A DNA stretch of 64,000 nucleotides. It comes from an uncultured Lentisphaeraceae bacterium. GTDB taxonomy: Bacteria; Verrucomicrobiota; Kiritimatiellia; RFP12; UBA1067. The notes beneath the pieces are model-generated. The model was given only the letters and a program-made list of their open reading frames with translations. It had not been told where the DNA came from and did not search any database. Below are positions 57,076 through 64,000 of the stretch, in pieces. The position numbers and the translations under genes are program-made. The DNA lies in assembly GCA_964636295.1 (NCBI GenBank), contig CAZWQY010000004.1, positions 42,677 to 106,676 on the forward strand, in the 5' to 3' direction. Every line of letters begins with the position of its first letter. Position 1 is the first letter of the stretch.

Positions 57076-58194
57076 TCAGTTGAACAAAAACTCGACGACG
57101 TCGCCGTCCTTCATCTCGTATTCCTTGCCTTCCGGACGGAGGACGCCATGCTCACGCGCGCCGGCTTCGCCGCCGTACTTGACGTAGTCCTCGTAGGCGA
57201 CGACCTGCGCACGGATGAAGCCCTTCTCGAAGTCCGTGTGGATGACGCCCGCGCACTTCGGGGCCTTCCAACCCTTGCGGAACGTCCACGCGCGCGACTC
57301 CTTCGGACCCGCCGTGAGGAAGCTCGCCAACCCCAGCGTCTCGTAGGCGAGCTTGATCGTCCGGTCGAGCGAACTCTCCGAAAGGCCATAGCTCTCCAGG
57401 AACTCCTTCGCCTCGGCGTCCGTCAGTCCCGCGAGGTCGGCCTCCATCTGCGCGCAGATGACGACGCAGTCGCAGCCCGCCTTCGCCGCGTAGCCCTTCA
57501 GCGCGGCCACGTGCGCGTTGCCCTCGCCCGTCACGTTGTCGTCCGCCACGTTCGCGCAGTAGATGACCTTCTTGTCGGTGAGGAAATGGAGTTCCTTCAA
57601 GACGTTCAGAATCGGGTCGCCGTCCGCGCGCGGGAACGCGCGCACGGGCTTCCCCTCCTCCAAATGCTTGAGAAGCGCGGCGCACGCCTCGGCCTCCGGA
57701 CGGAGCGGCGGCTTCGCCTGCGCCTCCTTCTTCACGCGGTCGTAGCGCTTCTGAAGCTGCTCCATGTCGGCGAGAATCAGCTCCGTCTCGATGACCTCGG
57801 CATCGCCGACGGGGTCAATCGGCGCGGACTTGTTGCCGCCCTCCTGCACATGGATGATGTCGTCGTTCTCGAAGCAGCGGACGACGTGCAGGATCGCGTC
57901 GCATTCGCGGATGTTCGCGAGGAACTTGTTGCCGAGGCCCTCGCCCTTGGACGCGCCCTTGACGAGTCCCGCGATGTCGGTGAACTCGACCGTCGCGCGA
58001 ATGACCTGCTCGCTCTTCGCCATTTTTGCAAGCGTGTCCAGCCGCGCGTCGGCGACTTCGACAATCGCCGAATTCGGCTCGATCGTGCAGAACGGATAGT
58101 TCTCCGCCGCCGCCTGCTGCTTCTTCGTAAGCGCGTTGAAGAGCGTCGACTTGCCAACGTTCGGCAGACCGACAATGCCAACTGAAAGTCCCAT
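57076..58194 (-). CDS. ychF: Ribosome-binding ATPase YchF
   Basis: 372 aa; MGLSVGIVGLPNVGKSTLFNALT. Confidence 0.96.
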   Translation of the reverse strand: MGLSVGIVGLPNVGKSTLFNALTKKQQAAAENYPFCTIEPNSAIVEVADARLDTLAKMAKSEQVIRATVEFTDIAGLVKGASKGEGLGNKFLANIRECDAILHVVRCFENDDIIHVQEGGNKSAPIDPVGDAEVIETELILADMEQLQKRYDRVKKEAQAKPPLRPEAEACAALLKHLEEGKPVRAFPRADGDPILNVLKELHFLTDKKVIYCANVADDNVTGEGNAHVAALKGYAAKAGCDCVVICAQMEADLAGLTDAEAKEFLESYGLSESSLDRTIKLAYETLGLASFLTAGPKESRAWTFRKGWKAPKCAGVIHTDFEKGFIRAQVVAYEDYVKYGGEAGAREHGVLRPEGKEYEMKDGDVVEFLFN

Positions 58195-58230
58195 TCGTAT
58201 CCTCCTAGACGAAATTTTCGATTTGAAATC

Positions 58231-58986
58231 CTACGCCAAGCGCTTTTCCTTGATGGTGGGCGCCGGCGGCTTGTTGTAGACGCGCGAATTCGGCGGGACG
58301 GACGCGATGATCCAGACGCTGCCGCCAATCTCCGAGTCATGGCCAATCGTCGTGTTGCCGCCCAAGATCGTCGCGCCCGCATAGATGACGACGTTGTCCT
58401 CGACATTCGGATGGCGCTTGATGCCCTTGACGAGCGCACCCGTCGCCGGATCCTTGTCAAACGAGAGCGCGCCCAGCGTAACGCCCTGATAGAGCTTCAC
58501 GTTGTTGCCGATGACGCACGTCTCGCCGATGACGACCCCCGTGCCATGGTCGATGAAGAACCGCTCGCCAATCGCCGCGCCCGGATGGATGTCGATACCC
58601 GTCTTTGAGTGCGCGAGCTCTGACATGATGCGCGGAATGATCGGCACCTTCAAGACATAAAGTTCATGCGCCAGACGATGAATCGTCACGGCATAGAGGC
58701 CCGGATAGGCCATCACGACCTCCATCGGACTCGTCGCCGCCGGATCGCCCTCGTAGGCCGCCTGCACGTCCGTCCCGACCAGCCGCTTCACCTCCGGAAG
58801 CCGCGCCAAAAACGCCGCGACAATCGCCTTCGCGTCACGGCCGGGACAGAGCAGCGCGACCTCGCGCTCCAGTTCGGCCGCCATCAGGGCCGCCATGTCC
58901 GTCGCACCCAGCTCGCCGTAGACGCACGGGTGCAGCAACGCCAATCCCCGCTTCACGATCAGCGCAATTCTCTGTGGCAATGTCAT
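58231..58986 (-). CDS. cysE: Serine O-acetyltransferase
   Basis: Hexapeptide repeats ...GIDIHPGAAIGERFFIDHGTGVVIGETCVIGNNVKLYQGVTLG...; start moved from 59037 to ATG 58986 because the extension covers the promoter. Confidence 0.88.
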   Translation of the reverse strand: MTLPQRIALIVKRGLALLHPCVYGELGATDMAALMAAELEREVALLCPGRDAKAIVAAFLARLPEVKRLVGTDVQAAYEGDPAATSPMEVVMAYPGLYAVTIHRLAHELYVLKVPIIPRIMSELAHSKTGIDIHPGAAIGERFFIDHGTGVVIGETCVIGNNVKLYQGVTLGALSFDKDPATGALVKGIKRHPNVEDNVVIYAGATILGGNTTIGHDSEIGGSVWIIASVPPNSRVYNKPPAPTIKEKRLA

Positions 58987-58996
58987 TTCAGCGCGT

Positions 58997-59005
58997 ATTA
59001 TACCA
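58997..59005 (-). promoter_or_regulatory. Extended -10 box TGGTATAAT, 10 nt from cysE ATG
   Basis: Minus strand cccccttttGGTATAATacgcgctgaaATGaca. Confidence 0.5.
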
Positions 59006-59103
59006 AAAGGGGGCTGATAAGGAATGACGCGCGCCAACAGACATCACGGCTAACTTCACCAGACGGCACACCGGCGATTTGGCATAATGGACGAGCACAG
59101 GAG
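58999..59103. repeat. Direct repeat copy 1 (bidirectional promoter cassette), left border of island
   Basis: Shares TATACCAAAAGGGGGC and the 27-mer TCACCAGACGGCACACCGGCGATTTGG (59056..59082) with copy 2; contains TGGCATAAT (59080..59088) facing plus. Confidence 0.85.
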
Positions 59104-59136
59104 GAATCGTGGGGACAGGCCCCAGGGGGAGGGCTG

Positions 59137-59265
59137 AAACCACGAATTTCACGAATCTCACGAATGAAGGTGGAGGTGAAAATCAACCACGGATTAACAC
59201 AGATTGGCACGGATTCGTGCCCATTCGTGAAATTCGTGGATAGACAATCGCGGGGACAGGCCCCA
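59137..59265. mobile_element. CACGAAT/ATTCGTG family element (copy E3), no cargo
   Basis: CCACGAATTTCACGAATCTCACGAATG...CCACGGATTAACACAGATTGGCACGGATTCGTGCCCATTCGTGAAATTCGTGGATAGACAATCGCGGGGACAGGCCCC. Confidence 0.6.
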
Positions 59266-59284
59266 TCAAATCTTAGCCACGGTT

Positions 59285-60760
59285 TTATGGGCACACAACC
59301 TGTTCGAGCGCACGCACTTCTTCGTCCGTCAATTCTGCGAAAAAGTGACGCTTCGCCTCAGACAGCCTTCCTCGATTGTTTTTCACAAAGAGGATGAACT
59401 GATTGGCCTTTTTCTCCGGCAAATCCACAATCTGCCGCATCCCTTTACGTATGCGATCATAATTGACAAGATAGTCCAGTTCCGTTCTCCATTCCGAACG
59501 AATGGTCTCGACAATCAGCCGCTGAAAATTTTCGACGATTTCCGTGAAATCAATGTAGCGGTAGAAATCTGCACTGTCGTTCTTCACCGTTATCTCACCA
59601 TTGCCGTCGATCTCATAGTCAAGTCGCTGCATGACACGCCTTGAAAAGGTCTCCAGCAGACGGTCATAGACATCCGGATGCTTCTGCAAAACCGCCGAAA
59701 TGGGGAAAATCATATCCTTCGGCGTAAAGCCCGTCTGCGACAGGATGAAGTGCATAAGATAGCGGTGCAACCGTCCATTGCCGTCGTCAAACGGATGGAT
59801 GAAGACGAATGCAAAGCTCATGATGGCGGCCAAGACAACAGGATCGACAGCACTTCTCATCAAGGTCTCCAATGTACGCAAGAACCCGGACATGAGATCT
59901 TCGACATCCTGTGGACGTGCGGCGATAAAATGCACCTTCTCGCAGCCCGGCGCAACCGTCTCACCGACATACACTTGGTCTTGACGCCATCCTGCTTGGC
60001 GATAACGCGTCTCCACAACCTGATTCCGCAAATCGACAAGCGTTTCCTTTGTCATCTGGCTGTCGGAAATTCGTTGAAGTATGGACACAAAGGACTGCAT
60101 CCGCTTTTGATCCGGCGTTTCGCGTTCAATCGCGAACGACGAGCGGGTCTCTTTGACATAGAGATAGCGAATCGCACGATAAAGCAATTCGGGCGAATAA
60201 CGCTTTAACAATGTGTCCGACATTCGCTTGAGACGATCTGCGGAGTATTTGTCGATGATGTCCGTACGACGCACGAGCGGCGAAAAATCTCGGTCTCCGA
60301 GGAGATTGTTGACCAACCGCATTCGGCGAATGCGAGTCGATACGGAAATCGGGCGTACAATCTGATGTTTCTCATCGACCAGCAACGAGTACGACCCCTG
60401 CTTCAAATCCGGGAGTGGCAGCCTCTGACCAGTCAACAGTTCGTAAAGCGCCCACACCCGACGACTGAACACGCCAGTCGGATGAATTCTGACGAGGTCT
60501 ACAACATCGGACTGTGAAACAACCGAGAAAAGAGCCTTGAGAACTTCGAGATTAACCCCTTCATGTTTAAGGGCGAACAACAAATGCCCTTGCCAGGAAT
60601 TCTCCACCGTGATTCGACCAATGGGGAAATAGACATCCACCCCATCGTTTTGGCGATGGACTTCAAGCACGGATTTATCGGTCAGATGGGCACGAGACTG
60701 CAATTCGCACACATTCAACTTGAAATTTTCAATCAAGTATAAATAACCGATGGATTTCAT
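59285..60760 (-). CDS. Fic family protein (AMPylase-type)
   Basis: Fic motif HPFDDGNGRLHR; start moved from 60892 to ATG 60760 (MKSIGYLYLIENF...), 7 nt after TGCTATAAT (60768..60776); AT-richer than the backbone. Confidence 0.88.
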   Translation of the reverse strand: MKSIGYLYLIENFKLNVCELQSRAHLTDKSVLEVHRQNDGVDVYFPIGRITVENSWQGHLLFALKHEGVNLEVLKALFSVVSQSDVVDLVRIHPTGVFSRRVWALYELLTGQRLPLPDLKQGSYSLLVDEKHQIVRPISVSTRIRRMRLVNNLLGDRDFSPLVRRTDIIDKYSADRLKRMSDTLLKRYSPELLYRAIRYLYVKETRSSFAIERETPDQKRMQSFVSILQRISDSQMTKETLVDLRNQVVETRYRQAGWRQDQVYVGETVAPGCEKVHFIAARPQDVEDLMSGFLRTLETLMRSAVDPVVLAAIMSFAFVFIHPFDDGNGRLHRYLMHFILSQTGFTPKDMIFPISAVLQKHPDVYDRLLETFSRRVMQRLDYEIDGNGEITVKNDSADFYRYIDFTEIVENFQRLIVETIRSEWRTELDYLVNYDRIRKGMRQIVDLPEKKANQFILFVKNNRGRLSEAKRHFFAELTDEEVRALEQVVCP

Positions 60761-60804
60761 GCCGTTGATTATAGCAAAATTATTTGTTCTAAACAGCCAC
60801 CCTT

Positions 60805-60870
60805 TTGCAAAAACTCTTACGCCGTTGCAAAAACCTTTACATCGAGGCACTTTGCCGCAAAAACTATTAC
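60805..60870. repeat. Three phased direct repeats TTGC(N)AAAAAC-N-TTAC upstream of the fic promoter
   Basis: TTGCAAAAACTCTTAC (60805), TTGCAAAAACCTTTAC (60825), TTGCCGCAAAAACTATTAC (60852); core spacing 20 and 30 nt. Confidence 0.75.
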
Positions 60871-60950
60871 GTCTTGCGGAATCTGTCCCCAAGGGAGGAG
60901 AAGAGGAGACCTCACCCCTCCGCCTTGTCCACGGTAGCCAACCGTTGTTT

Positions 60951-61062
60951 AACCACGAATTTCACGGATTCGCACGGATTTGCGGGAATCCTTCAAAATA
61001 AATCCATTTGATTTGTGATGATTCGTAAGATTCGTGGATAGGCAATCGTGGGGACAGGCCCC
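60951..61062. mobile_element. CACGAAT/ATTCGTG family element (copy E4), no cargo
   Basis: AACCACGAATTTCACGGATTCGCACGGATTT...GATTCGTAAGATTCGTGGATAGGCAATCGTGGGGACAGGCCCC; the terminal ~32 nt are near-identical to the E3 terminus. Confidence 0.6.
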
Positions 61063-61123
61063 AAGGATTTCCCGCCAGGATCTGTCCCCAAGGTGGGGCG
61101 AGGGCGAGGAACGACCAAGCCCG

Positions 61124-61292
61124 CTACTGCTCTTCGGTGACGCGCAGAATCTCCTTCACGCTCGTCACGCCCTTGAAGACCTTCGCCCAGCCGTCTTCGC
61201 GCAGCGTCGTCATGCCCTTCGCAAGCGAGAGGTTGCGGAACTTCCTTTCGGCAGTCGGGACAGAGGCGACGGCAGAGACGCTGCCCCATCAC
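61124..61292 (-). pseudogene. 3' remnant of a GspE/PilB-type secretion ATPase gene (internal deletion plus frameshift)
   Basis: One frame gives GQRLCRRLCPDCRKEVPQP; the next gives LAKGMTTLREDGWAKVFKGVTSVKEILRVTEEQ* (the canonical GspE/PilB C-terminus); about 70 residues that normally separate them are missing. Confidence 0.65.
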
Positions 61293-61367
61293 GCCCGCGA
61301 CGGCGGACGCAATTTTTACAAGTCACCCACGCCCCACACGACCGCGCCCGATTTTGATATAATTCGC

Positions 61368-61554
61368 CCTGTCCTTCGGGCTGCCGAAGGAACTATAGGT
61401 CGGGAACTGACGCGGCGCACTGCCACACTCCACCCCGCGACCGTCTTTTCTCTGTAGCATCGACGCTACACGCTGTTCAATCGAAATACTGGTACTATTT
61501 CACCTTGGGAACGGCATGTAAGTTGAGATGCGCCCTTTGGGCGCGTTTTCTCTT
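61368..61554 (+). ncRNA. Candidate ~185-nt small RNA bounded by a promoter and an intrinsic terminator
   Basis: TGATATAAT at 61355..61363; hairpins TCCTTCGG-GCTG-CCGAAGGA (61372..61391) and GTAGC-ATCGAC-GCTAC; terminator GCGCCC-TTT-GGGCGC + GTTTTCTCTT (61530..61554); no credible ORF. Confidence 0.35.
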
Positions 61555-61596
61555 CGTGCATTCCCATAGGCCTGTACCAGGGCTTCGATTGAGTGC

Positions 61597-62910
61597 ATGA
61601 ACAGGAAATGCGCTCTTTTCATGCATCGGACGTCCCGGCGGCAGGTTGTCGCAAAGGAGGTCTCGGATGTGCAGGCGATTGTGCGGGAGGGTTTCCGATG
61701 GATGTTCACCGTCCTAACTGGCGTTGCGTATTCCGAACTGGGTATGTGCGAACACAAAGGAGATGTCAATGTCTCGCGGCATCTTGGCGTGGCCAGCCGG
61801 GTTAACCTTGGCAGTTACTATACGCCCGCCAAATATGTCCACATGGTCGGCGAATGGCTACTTGAACAGGGCATTGGTTCGGGATGGACAATTGCCGACC
61901 TCTCTTGTGGGTATGGGGCTTTCTTTGAACTTTCAGAAACCAAGGGCCTTCGCAAATGCCGCTACATAGGAAACGACATTGACCCTGTCGCCGTCAAGAA
62001 TGCACGGAAATACTTCCCGTATGTTGAACTCAGCGAGGGTAATGCGCTTTTTCGCGTTTCCCGAAAACGGTTTGGATTTCAGCCCGACGAGCGTATCGTC
62101 ATCGTCGGGAATCCGCCGTACAATGACACGACATCGCAGGCCGGACAGAGCCTCAAGACGGACTCCATTCAGATTGACGCAGATTTGAAGACGCGAGACC
62201 TCGGAATGTCTTCGCTGTTGGCCTATGACAAGATTCAGGCGGACTACGTGGCGGTTCTCCACCCGTTGTCCTATCTGATCAAGAAGCAAAACTTTTCTGC
62301 CGCACAGACGTTCTTCTCGAATTACGCGCTTGTCAAGTATATCGTGTTCTCAAGCAGGGAGTTCGAAGGGACATCAAGGGCTGTGAATTTCCCCGTCATT
62401 GTTGCCCTCTACCGACGAGCGGAGGGGCATGGCCTTTCCTATGAAGATGTCCGAAGGATGTGGTTTGAGACGGTGGAGGAAAACAGGTTCTCTCTTTCTG
62501 GATTCGATTATGTCACGGACGAAATCCGAAAGTATCCAGGGAAACAGAGATATCATCCAGAAATTCTGTTCTACACGCTTCGAGACATTAATGCCTTGCG
62601 TCGTAGCCAGACGTTTCTTGTGCGGCGAATGCCGAATGCCGTGGATGTCGATCCGACAAAACTTGCCTACTACTGTTACATCGACTGCTTCAAGAGATTC
62701 GCGGACATTCCATACTATCTCGGAAATTTCAATGTCCCGTTCATTCGCGACGAATTCGCGAGCATCAAAGACGATGTCGTACGGATTGCGAAATACGCGC
62801 ATCCAAATGTCTTCGGGGAATCGACAAAGCCGGGACACAAGACTTATGAACACGTTCGCGAATACATCTCAAAAAGCATAAAAGGAAAGGAATGCCTCCA
62901 TGCAGACTGA
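61597..62910 (+). CDS. N6-adenine DNA methyltransferase, gamma class (TaqI/Eco57I-like)
   Basis: GSYYTP, motif I DLSCGYGAFF, motif IV VGNPPY; true start probably internal (e.g. ATG 61702) because the first ~35 codons are Arg-rich and follow a terminator. Confidence 0.8.
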   Translation: MNRKCALFMHRTSRRQVVAKEVSDVQAIVREGFRWMFTVLTGVAYSELGMCEHKGDVNVSRHLGVASRVNLGSYYTPAKYVHMVGEWLLEQGIGSGWTIADLSCGYGAFFELSETKGLRKCRYIGNDIDPVAVKNARKYFPYVELSEGNALFRVSRKRFGFQPDERIVIVGNPPYNDTTSQAGQSLKTDSIQIDADLKTRDLGMSSLLAYDKIQADYVAVLHPLSYLIKKQNFSAAQTFFSNYALVKYIVFSSREFEGTSRAVNFPVIVALYRRAEGHGLSYEDVRRMWFETVEENRFSLSGFDYVTDEIRKYPGKQRYHPEILFYTLRDINALRRSQTFLVRRMPNAVDVDPTKLAYYCYIDCFKRFADIPYYLGNFNVPFIRDEFASIKDDVVRIAKYAHPNVFGESTKPGHKTYEHVREYISKSIKGKECLHAD

Positions 62911-63670
62911 AGAAGCAAAGGTCGTCAACACAGAAGAGAACCTCTTCGTCAACCTTCCGCTGACACGGCCGACAGGGAAAATTCGCGTCAAGCAGCGCAG
63001 TTTCTTTTCCGAGTATGGCGTACCCGTCGCACCTCGGAAAGCCACGATGTCCCAGTCGTGCTATGTCGAATGGCAGATTGGATATGATTTGCTTGCGTCC
63101 GCAGAGAGCAAGGGGAAGACAAGCCTCGCGGACAGGACATTCCGAAATTACAAAGGCGAGACAAAATATGCCTATGAACTGGGAGAGGTGTTACAGTATG
63201 CCTATGTGCGTGGACTGATCTGTGACGACGAAATCAAGACCTGCTTTGAGATGATCCGTCGCGTTGCAAACGAATCGACATTCGAGGAAACGGCAGCGAT
63301 CTGCCGTACGAACCCACGCGAAAGGATAGTTAATGGGCTGGCATTCTATGAGATGCAAGTCTCCTATCCCTTGTTTGTTCATCGGTTTGGCCCCTACGAA
63401 ATCTTCGCGGAGATTATGGTGAGAGAGAAGCAACGAGCTGTTGGCACACAGGCAATGCTGTATGTCTGTCTCCCGATTACGACGCTGAAGTTTCCTCGTC
63501 CCGTCCTGGGACGGACATTGGACACCAAAGAGTGCGCCAAGTGGATTGTCGGAAGAGAGGAGGCCGCGCTGTCCTTGGAGATGTTCCGCGTGTTTGGCAT
63601 GCTCTCGCCGAAACATCGCCATGACGTGATGGCGATTCTGATGATGCTTTTCCCGAATGTCTTGAGCTGA
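62900..63670 (+). CDS. Hypothetical 256-aa protein overlapping the methyltransferase stop by 11 nt (candidate partner or endonuclease)
   Basis: AT-rich ORF with protein-like composition; no motif recognised with confidence. Confidence 0.55.
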   Translation: MQTEEAKVVNTEENLFVNLPLTRPTGKIRVKQRSFFSEYGVPVAPRKATMSQSCYVEWQIGYDLLASAESKGKTSLADRTFRNYKGETKYAYELGEVLQYAYVRGLICDDEIKTCFEMIRRVANESTFEETAAICRTNPRERIVNGLAFYEMQVSYPLFVHRFGPYEIFAEIMVREKQRAVGTQAMLYVCLPITTLKFPRPVLGRTLDTKECAKWIVGREEAALSLEMFRVFGMLSPKHRHDVMAILMMLFPNVLS

Positions 63671-63710
63671 ACGGACGTTCTACGGCCTCGTTTCGTGAGC
63701 AAACGTCTGC

Positions 63711-63857
63711 CTATTCTATGTTGGAGACGGCGTCTTTCAAGTCGCCGATGAGCGACTTGAATTCGTCCGTGTATTGGATGCCGTCGGAGACGATTTTCCC
63801 TTCTGCATAGAGGGTTAGAAGGCGTTCGGACAAAATCAGCAGATTGTATTCGTTCAT
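63711..63857 (-). CDS. Hypothetical 48-aa protein
   Basis: MNEYNLLILSERLLTLYAEGKIVSDGIQYTDEFKSLIGDLKDAVSNIE; AAGGAAA RBS and a TGGTATACT box within repeat copy 2; ORF-track start 63977 rejected. Confidence 0.45.
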   Translation of the reverse strand: MNEYNLLILSERLLTLYAEGKIVSDGIQYTDEFKSLIGDLKDAVSNIE

Positions 63858-63881
63858 TTGAATTTCCTTGACGGCGGACAG

Positions 63882-63983
63882 TATACCAAAAGGGGGCAGG
63901 AAGGCGTGGCGCGCGACGGACATCACGGCCAACCTCACCAGACGGCACACCGGCGATTTGGTATAATGGGCGAACACGGAAGG
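63882..63983. repeat. Direct repeat copy 2 (bidirectional promoter cassette), right border of island
   Basis: TATACCAAAAGGGGGC...TCACCAGACGGCACACCGGCGATTTGG (63935..63961), then TGGTATAAT (63959..63967) facing plus toward the window edge. Confidence 0.85.
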
Positions 63984-64000
63984 TTTGAGTGTTTGGCGGG

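Noticed and set aside
59109-59243. Small ORF beginning at GTG 59109 after AGGAGG (MGTGPRGRAETTNFTNLTNEGGG...)
   Set aside because: It is a translation of the CACGAAT-family repeat (the TNFTN/HEF-type peptides commonly mis-annotated in such genomes), with no evidence of coding constraint.
61500-61769. 89-aa minus-strand ORF overlapping the methyltransferase 5' end
   Set aside because: It has low-complexity, non-protein-like composition, is antisense to the MTase start region and spans a plus-strand terminator.
58999-63983. Island as a prophage or integrative conjugative element
   Set aside because: It has no integrase, recombinase, capsid, tail or conjugation genes, no tRNA target and is only ~4.8 kb. 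It is treated as a repeat-bounded cassette island.

Overview
GC-rich bacterial chromosomal segment. The lineage is not identifiable from sequence alone; the repeat families and GxxExxY cassette suggest a PVC-superphylum bin, low confidence. Most of it is housekeeping, largely on the minus strand: rplM-rpsI, a secreted TPR protein, uvrB, a contiguous dnaK-groES-groEL block, uraA, apt, rhaB, recJ and ilvE. On the plus strand sit an aroF-pheA operon and an envelope/LPS cluster (murC-like, GT4, wecE, GT8, LpxL-like, YrbL-like kinase, GT4). Then come rbfA, icd and a long translationally coupled chain dxs-mnmA-ybeY-rnfG-rnfD-rnfC-rnfB-rnfA, followed by HU, ftsH, addAB-like genes, gph, an ACT protein, ychF and cysE. 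More AT-rich accessory DNA is embedded in this backbone. (1) An RHS/YD polymorphic toxin carries a short unassigned C-terminal tip and two small downstream candidate immunity genes; its 5' end is disrupted. (2) A C5-methyltransferase/endonuclease pair and a single-chain HipA-kinase/HTH gene are inserted inside the rnf operon, with overlapping start/stop codons. (3) A mosaic island of about 4.8 kb lies next to cysE, bounded by ~100-bp direct repeats of a bidirectional promoter. It carries a Fic protein, a decayed gspE/pilB fragment, a candidate promoter-to-terminator sRNA, and a gamma-type N6-adenine methyltransferase overlapping an unassignable 256-aa gene. Non-coding signals: a Tyr/Phe-rich leader-peptide attenuator upstream of aroF-pheA; a near-perfect sigma54 -24/-12 motif plus a 36-bp palindrome upstream of dnaK; recurrent TGnTATAAT boxes 6-10 nt from start codons, implying leaderless mRNAs; and three short-period repeat families. 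One family (CACGAAT/ATTCGTG inverted arms) encloses a GxxExxY gene. Two 8-nt tandem families (CCATTCGA, CCAAACCT) occur between cistrons and also in frame inside coding genes. No tRNA, rRNA or CRISPR array was seen by eye. At least three genes show single-nt frame disruptions, so indel assembly errors are a real alternative to pseudogenisation. The many long antisense ORFs in the track are GC-content artefacts.
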